50,376 nt of DNA from a virus (lineage: Duplodnaviria; Caudoviricetes). Below, piece after piece: positions 1 to 12,000 of the stretch. The DNA lies in the IMG/VR virus record IMGVR_UViG_3300011398_000007, positions 1 through 50,376 of that record, one strand, 5' to 3'. The translations under genes were made by a program, and so were the position numbers. How positions within the stretch are numbered: the stretch's first letter is position 1; each line of letters starts with the position of its first letter. The notes beneath the pieces were generated by a model. It searched no databases. It saw only the letters and a program-made list of their open reading frames with translations, and was not told the origin of the DNA.

Positions 1-51
1 AAGTCCTTCTATGATACTCCTAATAATTATGGTATAAACATAAATCAATAG
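1..51 (+). CDS. 3' end of an upstream gene (partial, ...KSFYDTPNNYGININQ*)
   Basis: Frame 1 is open from base 1 to TAG at 49-51, 2 nt before the next ATG. Confidence 0.4.
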   Translation, partial: KSFYDTPNNYGININQ

Positions 52-53
52 TA

Positions 54-3000
54 ATGTTCCCACCCAAAAAAGAGGCTAAAGGGCCACTGCAACCAGCAGA
101 CTTCTTCTCTACTATAAAGGGTACGGAGAGTGTATATGGTGTACCTCAAGCTAAAGAAATAAGTAGGGAAGGTAGCTTTGACCCTAAGCACTATAGACAT
201 GTTAAGGGAGCCACTTACTATGATGACCCTAATAGGTTAGCTACTCTTAATACGATTATGCAGCCTACTTCTACTAGGTTAGCTAACATGGGTCAGAGAT
301 GGGGAGCTGGCTTCTTAGCTGGAGCAGGACAATCACTAGCTAATACCTTTGACTTACATAGTCAGTTTAATTCAATCAAAAGCATACTTAATAACGAAGA
401 TGTAGAAGACTTTAGTAGTAGTCTATTTGGAGTACCCACTTCTAGAATGAGAGAATGGGCAGCAGGTATAGATAAACGTAATCCTATATATGAGGAAGAC
501 CCAGGGTCTGTTAATATTACTGATGGTGGGTGGTGGATGAATCAGTTTGCAGGTACGGGTCTTGGTGCAGGTATGGCAGCAGGGTCATTAGCTACTACTG
601 CTTTGATTGAAGCTGCTACTCTTGGTGTAGGTACTGGGTCACTCTTTGCCAGTGCAGGTGGAGCTATGGGTAAGATGCTACGATTAGCTAAGGGGGCTAA
701 GACAGTACAAAGGGCACAGTCTCTTGTTAAGGCTGCTAATGCAGCTAAAGGATTAAGAAGTGCTGCTATAGTATATGGTGTAGTTAATAGGCAGGCAGAA
801 GCTACTATGGAAGCAGAAGCTACTTATGCTACTATATATGAAGAATTAAGTAGAGAACTTAATGCAGATAACTCTCCTAAATATACAGAAGAGCAGAAAC
901 AACATATGGCTTCAGAAGGAGCTAAGAGTGTATATAGATGGAACTTGGCCATGATACCGTTAGATATACTCTCCTATAGAGCTATGACATTTAATCCTAT
1001 TAGTGGAACAGGTACAGGAGCAGTTGAGAGAGGATTAGCTAAGTTAGCTGCTGGATTTGGCAAGAGTAGAATAGGCAGAGCAACAGGATGGGCAGCTAGT
1101 AAGACTTTGGCTACTATACCCGAAGGCTTTGAAGAACTATATCAACATATAGTACAGAAGGAAGGAGAACACTATGCTAGAGTAGTTGGTGGTGAAGATG
1201 ATGGTAGTACATTTAGTGAGAGATTAGGTATAGCTCTAGAAGACCCTGAAACTTGGAACAGCTTTGCAGGTGGTATAATAGGTGCTCCTGTTATTGGCGG
1301 AGCTATGAACTTAGTAGATAGACTCTCACATGGTAGATATAGGAGAGAGATGGCAGACTTACATGCTGACTATATTAAGCATGTAGGCAAGATGGATAAT
1401 GATTTAGCTCAGTATATACAGTTAGCTGAATCAGCAGGATATAAGGAACAGGCATCTAAACTTAGAATACAGTTTAGTGCTGACAGAGATTTATCAGCAT
1501 TACATCTGGATGCTAAGACTGATAAAGATACTGCTTGGGAAGCTAACATAACCTTTAAGGAAGGAATGTTAGAAGCATTAAAGAAGGGTGATACTAAGGT
1601 TATAGAAGACCTAGGCATAAAGATACAGTCACCAGAACATATGCAGCAACTGTTAGTGGAGTATCAGGCGATGGTAGATAATGCACATGAGATGAAGTCT
1701 ATCTATGATGGAGTGAAGAATAAGTATCAAGCTAATTTTGTACCACAAGTAACAGAATCTCATTTCCATCTTAGACAGATGGTTAAACAGGAGAAAGTTG
1801 TGGATGCTAACTTAAATGCTGCTAAGGCTAAGTTATTTCAATTTGACCAACTATCAGCTACAGGTAAGGAGCTATTTGATCTTGACTATAAGGCTAGGGC
1901 TTTGCTTAAAGAGAATGATAGGTTACAGAAAGAAGCAGCTAATCCAGAAGATAGTTTTGAGCAAGAGAATATAAATGCACAGTTAAAAGAGAATGAGGCA
2001 GAGCTTAGAGCTACTAATGAGAAGATAAAAGAGATTACTTCAGAGGAATATAATACTTCAAAAGAAGGAAAGAAAGATGCCTTGATAATCCATGCTATAG
2101 GTGATAATGTGGGGTATGAAGAAGCTGCAAGGAAGAAAGAGGAGATAAGCAATACTATAGACCTTCAAAGAAGAAAGGTAGCCTTATGGGATAATGAGAA
2201 GTATATAGAACATAAGACAGATAAGGCTATAAAGAATGCAAGGACTCAAAAGCAGGCTGATGATGCAGCTAAGAAAGCTACTAAGAAACAGAAGAGAGAT
2301 GCTAAGGCTAAGAAGAAAGATATAGCTGCTGATGAAGCTGCTGCTGAAGCTAAGAAAGATGAAGAGCTAAAGAAACAAGAGGCTGCTGCTAAGGCTGCTG
2401 CTATCACTAAGCCTGAAGAGAAGATAGGAGATGAGAGCTTATTTGATGATGATGAAGTTATGGCTGCTGCTGCATTGCAGAAAAATAAGCAGGCAGGTAA
2501 ACCACCTGTTGTCACACCTGTTACACAACATAAAAGAGAAACTGCAAAGGAAAGAGTACAAGGAGATATAGAGTATCATACGATAAGAAGTACTACAGCT
2601 ACACATGAATGGGAAAAAGACCAGTCAGCAGCATGGCTTAAAATGCTACAGACAGACCCTATCAAATATTATGAGATGAAAAGAGATATGAAGTCAGCGG
2701 CTAAGCCTGATGAATATTTCTTTGGTGAAGAAATAAGAGCAGAATACGACTTAACTATTAATGAACTAAAAGCACAACAAACAGGTACTACTGTTACTCA
2801 ACCTCAAAACAAAGCCGCTAAGCTAACCTTAGAGGAACAAAGAAGAGAAGAGCTTAGTACTGTTCTACAGCCTGCTCATAATAAGGCTGCTATGAAGGGT
2901 AAGAGAGGTATAGTAGAATCAATAACAAAAGATAAGTGGGGATTTGTTAAACCTGATGGTACTATAATATGGAGTGATAGTAAGGATGCGATAGAGGATA

Positions 3001-6000
3001 TGATATATGCCAAGTATGCTGCTAAAGGATTACCTATACCTGATAGAAGCACTGGTAGTCCTTTTCAACGTGCTCCTATACAGTATGATATGGAAGGCTC
3101 TCCACAAGAGGCTAAAGATCAGATTAAGGGAGCTATAGGAAACATACTCAAGAAGATGGGTGGTAGTCCTTCTTTTGAAGACCTTGTTAGACGTTTGATA
3201 AGGATATATGGTGGTGGTCAGATTGGTATGGATGAAGTAGAGGATATGTGGAACTCTATTGTATATGGATGGGAAGCTAATGAAAATGCTAAAGAAGATT
3301 ATGATAGAGTGTTTGATATTGTCTTTATGAAAGATGAAGGTGCAGGTTTGAAAGCAGCTACAGGTGCTCTTAGGAGAGCAGATAAAGATATGTCAGAGGC
3401 AGATAAGGAAGCAGCAAAGCAGAAGGAAGAGTTAGATAAGCAGACAGCAGGAGTAATAGCTTCTGAAAAGAAGCCAGATGGATTTGACAATAACAATAAA
3501 CCTACAACTAAGCCAGAGACTGAACATACACATAAATATGATGGGCCAGTATCAAATGAAAAAGAACCTAAATTATCATATACATCTAGACTTACTAAGA
3601 GTACTGTAACTATAGATGAAGCAGGTATTCATAAAGTAACTCATAAATATATAGATGATGACTTGAAAGCTAGTGATGGTATAATTGATAGCTTGCCATT
3701 ACTAGACCCTGATAAGTTCCTTCCGGGTACTAAATTGGTTATTAGAAGACCTGCTAATTACATGGAGATACTAGTTCCAGTATTCTATCCTGATGGAACT
3801 AGAGAGAAGAGTATTCCATTCAAGCAATATGTAGATGAAAGGAAACTTACTCCTGATATGCAAGAATATAAGGATAAGATTCCTTTAGTTGTATATGCTA
3901 GTGAGGATGCTAAGATAGGGGTGGCATGGGTACATGATATACATTGGTACAACAATGTAAACTTTAATCAGGCTAAGCCAGAAGATAAGGCTACTGCTAT
4001 AGCTAATACCAGAGCTATGAGAGAGGAAGCAATAGCTGATGCTAATGCTGGTACTTTTACTAGAGCTACTGTTACAGGTAAAAGACAGACTTCCTTCAAA
4101 GGATTAAAGTTACCTGAAGGTAAAGAGATAACTATAAGACAAGCTAATCCAGAGGCTACATTTGCTTCAACGATTAATGAACTAGGAGCAGGTGACCTAT
4201 ATATAAATCCTGGAAAGAAGTTTGGAGATGATGGTAATGTTATATCTAATACAGAGTCTTGGGATGAAAAGGGAAAGGTAGTAGATATAAGGAGGTATGG
4301 AACTAAGAATGGTAAGAAGACTTGGATGGCTTTTCCTGTGATAAGAAGACCTATAAGCCAGAAGGTTAAGACTAGTGTGATACAAGCTATATCTATTTAT
4401 GCTAATAGGCTAAATAAGAACCCTGCTGTTAGAGCTAAGCATGACCCTATTATAGCTAAGATAAAGCTACCAAAGGAACAGGGTGGAATGGGTATAGACA
4501 TTACTGAAAAGGATGGACTACCTAAGTACCTAAAGCATTTCATTAAACTAGAGAATAAAGCTGGAAGTACAGCAGAGGTTGAAAGAAGAGCTAGTGTTGA
4601 GAGAGCACATGGTGTACGCTATATAGCATTTGTAAATGATAATATAGTATTTGGCATTAATGGTCAGAATGCTTTTCCTAGTAAGGATAAAGATGGAAAT
4701 CCTATAGCTGTAAAGTCATGGTTTATTAATCCTAATGTAGCTGATGCTACTATATCAGCCAAAGCTATAGCTGCTTTTGCTAATGAAAATATGATAGGAT
4801 GGTATGCTCAAAACTTAGGGTTAGAAGCATATGACAAAGCTAACAATACTCCTGTTATACTTATTGATATAGATACTAAGAGTGGTAATCTTACAGCTAA
4901 TACAGTAGCCGAAACTTACCATGATTTCTTAATGGATGAATTTGTAACTAATGTACAGAGTCCAAATATAGGTACTAAAGAAGAACCTAATCATGTTACT
5001 AATCTACAACCTGTAATAACATTTGATACAGATAAGAGAATAGCTGCTAAGACTAAGACAGATACACCTACTGACACAGCAGAGAAGATTATAGATACTA
5101 AGGAGATAGGGAAGTCTACAGAGGAGAAGAAAGAAGAGAAGGTAGCTTCAAAAGAAGAGACTCAACTAAGAGCACAATGGAAGGAAGAGCTTACTCCATA
5201 TACTGTAGACTACATTGAAAGTCTATTAAAGAGTACTCACCTAGAAGGTAATAATGATAGACTTATACAGGCAGTAGTTAATCTAGCAGGACTAGGCAAA
5301 TATCAGGGAGATGCTCAGGTAGGAATGATAGGAGCATTGAATAAGAGAGGTCATGTAACTAAGAAGAATTTATTAGAAGCAATATATAATGTATATGGAG
5401 AACTAGTTGGAGATAAGATGGCTCAACTACTTGAGTCAGAAGAAAGACAGTCAGGCTTTGAGTATGAAGAAAGATTAGTAGAAGGAATTAACAAAGAGTA
5501 TGAAAGGAAGCTGGCAGACTTAAAAAAGAAGGAAGGTATTCCAGATATAGAAGAAGAACAAGGAGAGACTACTAAGGAAGAACTTAAGAGTGATATACAT
5601 GGCCTATCTGGTGAAGTAGGTATGGACTATAACAATAAGAAGTTCATGGACTTGACCGAGAAGTTAACAGGTAAGAGACACTTAGATGATATGAGTGAGG
5701 CTGAACTACAGACTGTATTTGAACATTTAGATGATATTAGATTAAAGTTAGAAGGAGTAGAAGTTAGGAGACAAGATGATTTATATGAACTTTCAGAGGT
5801 AGAAATAGAAGCAGAGAGAGAACCTGTAGGTATAGGATTCTATGAAGGTAGATTTGTAGGGGGGTATCGTAATTCAGATGGTGTTGAGGTAGAACAGTTT
5901 GAAGCTCCTACTATAGAGGAAGTTAAAAGGAAAGTTAATCAAAGATATGATGAAGAGAGAGCTGCTCTTAGGGGAGAACTTGTAACCAAGGAAGATATTA

Positions 6001-9000
6001 AGAAAGCAGAGGAGAAGTTTGATGCTACTAAGACGGAACAGGAGAAAGAGAAGGAGAAGAAAGAAGCAGAAGAGAGGAAGGCTAAGGAGAGTGCAGAAGA
6101 GAAGGCAGCACTTGATGCTTTAGCTGAACAGATGCTTAAAGATACAATGAATGACTTAGGTTCTAGCTTTGACCCTAATGCTAAGAATAACTGGGCACCT
6201 ATGCCACTTACTGAAGAAGAAAGACAGAAAGCTGTAGGTGTAAGAGTAACTATAGAAGGACTTACACATAATCAACAAGGTGACATAGTAAAGTATATGT
6301 ATCACCATATTTCTGCTTACATAAGGAAGAATGGTACTATAACTATAGAGCAAGCCCATGCAGAGATTAGAAAGGCATTTGAAGAGGTATATATTAAGGC
6401 TAAAGAGAATTACCAGACTAAGGTTAATACTATGAAGGCACAGCTAGCTGCACATCCAGGTCTAGCAGATAGAGGGATACCACTTCTTATAGCTAACTAT
6501 GAAAAGATGATAGCTAAGATGGAAGCTGTGGAAAGGCAGTATGATACATTAGTGGAAGACACGAAGGCTAGAGTGGATAAGAAGACTAATATTCGTGTTA
6601 CAAAGATAGAAGCTAATCAGGAATATAAGGGAGAGAATGAAGAATATAAGGGAGATGATGCTAATAGTGATATAGATGATGAACCAGAGGCTGCTGTAGA
6701 CTTCTGGACTGATGTTCTATCAGAGAGTCCAGAGAATAGGCTTACATATAAGATGCGTATGTTCTTTGATGGCATAAAGAAAAGAACTAAAGATGGAGCT
6801 TTTGTAGCTGGCTTTATGGGAGTAGATGGTTATGAGGAATCTGGAGAGATAATCAGAAAGCTGATGGCTACACTAGCTGATGTACCTTCAGACTTTAATC
6901 TTATGTTAGAGAAACTAAAGGAGAGAAGAGAAGCTTTACCTTGGATGGATGATGTTATAGCTAAACTTGAAGCTGCTAATGATGAAGAGAAAGCACAGTT
7001 TACTACTATAATGAGTCTTACTTCATTGAGGATGAGATTCTCTATGCTTAGTTATAACTTCAAGACTAGTAGTTGGACTAGTAGGATATATGAGACTAAC
7101 TTAGGTGGTATAGCTGATGCTGTTAGAGCTGAATGGAAAGATAACTTGAATGCAGGGCCACTTGTAGACCAGAATAGTGATGGTCTACATACTCTTAATG
7201 TAGCTCAGGCACAGAAGATGATAGATGAGTTCAGGGGATGGAGAGGGCTTAATTTAGTTGAAGCAAGTGTACCTAAGACCTTATGGGATGACCTTGTAAG
7301 TAAAGTTAAGGATAAGAGTCCAAAGTTCTTTAAGCTCGAAGAGATAGCAAAGAAGCTAACTCCTGAACAACTTGCTATATTAACAGCACAGTTACAGGAT
7401 AATCTTAAAGAAATATCTGATAGAGTAACCTTCTCTATGAGTGGGCATGACTACCAGATAAATAAGGTAGATGATACAGGTCAATATATAATGAGTAAGC
7501 TAGTTAAACATAGTGCTACAGATGAGGCTGTAGCTAACTGGTTAGCTAAGTTTGGTATTACTCTTAGTCCTAGGACATTAGTAGACTTACATAATAAGAA
7601 GTTCACACATAATCAAGTAACCTTAAATTGGAATGAACAATTTGAGATAGGTAGTAGCAATGGCTTATTCGGTATCTTATATAATAAGCTTGTGGCTTTA
7701 GTAGACTTGTCAAATGAAGGTGGAGTATTATTTGAAGAGCAGGGTAACTCCCCACTAGATGATAGTGTAGTTACATCTCTAGCTAATCTTGAAGCTAAGT
7801 ACAATGACGTAGTTACTCCATTTGCATTTAGGGATAATGGTAAGTCATACTTTGCACTTACTATGCCTAAGTTTATTACAGATAGAGCTGCTGACCTAAA
7901 GGATGAAGGGGCTGTAGGTAAGGAGACTAGAAGGCAACTACGTAGTACTTCCTTCTCTGCTTCTGCTATGCAATTATACTTACTAGATAATCCTGCAAAT
8001 GAGGATTATAGGTCTAAGTATAGGGTAGCTCACCTAGGAGCTAATGCCTTTAAGGAACATGGTAAGAAGTTATTTAGGGATAATGGGATAACTAAGCTGT
8101 CTGACTTAGATCATGAATTAACTAAATTGATTATGTTCATGGATATGAGTCAGGGAGAGGTTAAGCATGGAGATAATCTTAGTAGAGAGTATGGTGGAAT
8201 AGCTTTAAGGATGGCTACTATGTTCAGTCCTACAATGTCAGATAAGGATATGATGACACTTGTGACTGCTGCTGTACTTGACTTAAAGACTAGTGATTTA
8301 AGAAATAGTGATGGTACTTTTGGCATTAATGGAGCAGATAATAAGGTTAAGAAGATACTATATGAACAGCTAGTTAAGCCAGAGCTGATGAGGATGGCTA
8401 AGTTCCATGCTGATAAGAAGAGGAGAGGCAAGGGTACTAACATAAAGGGATATGATGAAGGAGCAGCACAATTCCTGTTCTTACCTAACATGAACTTTAT
8501 AGAGTATAAGCCGGGTTTAAAACTAATTGATGCTATAGCTAAAAATCCAGAGACATTTACAGCTCAAGCTGTAGAGGCTGATGAGACTCTAATGAATAGT
8601 TTCTATGATAAGATAAATGACTATGTATTAGGATTGACTAATGAGAAGTTGAAGGTATGGGAGACAGATGGTATTATTACTCCTGATGTAGAGAAGCCAG
8701 AGAATACAGAAATTAAGTTCTTGGATAAGAAGTACATGGAGAAGTTTAAGACCAATAGTAGTACTGAAAGAGCAAGGATGGCTGCTATGGATTATGTTAT
8801 AAACTCCATGATAAGTAATGCTAATAGTTTCATGACTATGATAGGAGACCCTGCTCTTTACTATAAGAAAGAGAAAGAAGGAATCATAGAACAGATAGAG
8901 AGAGACTTTGAGGAAGGAATAATAGATGAGACTGAAATGGAAGCACAGATAACTTTAGCTCATATTAAGTCTGCATTTACTAACTTAGGTAAGAGGTTAG

Positions 9001-12000
9001 CTAATCAGATAGCTCCTGGTACTCCTATAGCTAATAGTCTTAATGATAAGTATATACAGTTGTTCCTGCAAGATAGGAAGAGTACAGCTAATAATATAGC
9101 TTATCTGGAAAGAATATTAGGTAAGAATGAAGCCTTTGCTTATACACAGATAGAAGGCTCTGATGCACAGGAATATACTACATGGCAAGAACATTTACAT
9201 ATCATAGCTAAGATGGGTAAGCTGTCTAATGATTTGATGCAAGAGGAGATAACTACAGAGGAGATAGAAGAAGCTAGAAGAATGTTCTCTGACCCTACCT
9301 TGACTAAAGATAGAATGACAGACAGGCAACTAAAGATATTAGATAAGGTAGCACAACCTATTAAGCCTGTATATACTGGACAGATACATGACCCTGAGCA
9401 AGATGTTATGAGGACAGTATATATCAAGTCTTCATCATTTCCATTGATACCACAGCTTACAGCAGGACTTGAGATTGATAAGCTAAGAGAAGCTATGCAG
9501 AAGATACAGGATACAGAAGGTAAGAATGTTAGAGCTTCTTATGAGACTGCTAATAAGGTAGGAGCTATAAAGCTATCTAAGACAGAGAATCTATGGGATA
9601 AAGAGACAGGTAATGCAAGAGAAGATGTATTGGGTAGATTAATGGATAATCATCTTATCTTAGATAGGAGACACTTTAGGATACAACAAGAAGTACCATT
9701 TAAGTCAAGTAAGAGGAAGTCAGATACTATTACTCTTGGTACACAGCTAATGAAGTTATTATTTGGTGATGGCATAATGGACATAGAGGGATTTACTTTT
9801 GAAGGTGTAGAGAAGACTGGTAGACAACTTCATCAATTATACAATGATACGTTCATTAGTTTAATAGAAGGAGCAAAGCAACAACTATTTAGTGAGCTTG
9901 GGCTAGATGAACAAGGTAATATAGTAGATGCAAAGAGGACTGCTGAGAAGCTACAGACCTTATTGAAGGATGAGGCTGAAAAGAGAGGCTATCCTTTACA
10001 GGATATAGAAGCACTTAATCTTCATGAGGTTACAGATAGTACAGGTAAGGTACTAACTTATGACTTTGCTATGCCACTATGGGCTTCTACTAATTCTAAT
10101 AGGTATGAAAGCATGTTAAATGCTATAGTAACTAATAGGCTTATTAGGATGAAATTCCCAGGGAATAGTTATGTGATAGGGAGTGAGGAAGGATTCAGGA
10201 CTGCTACAAGAAAGAAAGTAAGTGCTGCATCTAAAATGTCTACTAAGGAAATAATTAATGAATTATTCAGTAAGCAAGAAAGAGGACAGATAGGACTAGC
10301 TGGAGAAGATATAGATACTATATCTGATATAAGAAAGAATGAAACACCAGAGTTAAGGAAGAAGTTAGAGGAGATACATATAAGTTTAGTAGGTGGTTAT
10401 CAGGAAGATGTATTTGATGAAGGACTGACAGAGGAAGAAGCTAGGCAAGCTAGGCTAGAGCGTAAAGGGATAAGAGAGGAAGGAGAGCCAGGTAGTGAGC
10501 TAGCTTCAAAGATGATATATACAGATGCTTGGAATGGGAAAGAGCTACAAGCTACATATACAAAGGATGGTAAGCTAATTAAGGCTCAGGTATTTGCTGC
10601 TAGTAAGTTTAGAGATAATGATGGTAACTTAATTAACCTACTTAGTCTGAATGAGGATGGTAAGACATACAAGTACGTCAATCAGGATGCTGCCACAGGT
10701 AGATTTTCTTTGAAGCCAGATATGTTCGATAAGGAACTCTTATCACTTATGTCATTTAGAATCCCATCATCTGGTCTTCAATCTGGTAGTGTAATTGAAA
10801 TAGCAGGCTTCTTACCACATCAGAGTGCAGACTTAATGATAGTACCTAAGAATTTCACTAAACAGAAAGGTTCTGACTTTGACATAGATAAAGAGAATGC
10901 TTATCAGTTATTCCATAGGATGAATAAAGATGGTAAGTTTGAGGTTCTAGCAGAGAAGCATAGAGATATTATGCTAGCTGAAGCTGATAGATTGATGAAG
11001 GATAAGAAGATCAATGATCTTAGGAAGGCAGTTAGAGAAGCAGAGTCACAGGATAAGAGATACTTTGCTATGAAGGAACTTAGAGATGCAATAGCACAGG
11101 ATAAGTTCTTTGAGTCAGTATTTCAGTCAGTAGGAATACCTACCTTTGATGAACAAGACTTAGAAGATGCTCCATTCTTAAAGAAGATGAATGCCAAGAT
11201 AAATGAGATGCTTGGTAAGAATACTATCATTAAGATTAAGCAGGCTGTATATAGCCATGCTAGTGACGAAGTACAGAAGAAGATAGCCAAGGTACTTAGT
11301 ACAGATTTTGCAGAAGGAGAAGCAGACTTTATTGATAGGCTTAAATCTAAGTCTGGAGTAGATAATAACTGGACAGCCTTATCAGATGAATACCAGAAGC
11401 AGAAGATGATGAGTGGAGCTAGTGGTAAGACTGGAACAGGAGCTTACTCATTAGATGTGGTTACTCACTCACTTGTTCAGCAGCTTAGAGCACAAGGTAA
11501 ACCTATTACGTTAGAAGAGAATATATACGATGATGAAGGAAATATTGTTGGTACACAGACTAAGATATGGTCATTTGGTAATGTTACAACTACTGGTGTA
11601 CTAGGTGGAGATATGACACTAGGGCCAAATAAGACAGTTGGTGATAGGAGCATAGTAGATTTATTAGTTGAAAGACAGAATATAAATCTAGATAATGAGA
11701 AACTACAAATCATAGGAAGAGTAGGTATTGATGAAATGACTATGGATGTAGATAAGATTTTTAATCTGCTTGGTGTAGATAAAGGTAGTGATGGTCATAG
11801 TATTGCTATGCTGTTTCTTAGTCAGCCTATTATTAGAGATTATGTTCTATATATGAAGAACGCTAACTCTAATATGTCACATGAGTTCTCTGCTACTAAG
11901 GAAGAAGATATACGGAAAATGCTTATTGATAAATATGGTGGAGAAGAAGAGACAGCATCAGATGGCATTAAAGGAGACTATTGGAGTATAGCTTCAGGAC

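Noticed and set aside
6621-6655. Direct repeat gaatataagggaga (EYKGENEEYKGD)
   Set aside because: It is a two-copy in-frame microduplication in an acidic linker, not an array.
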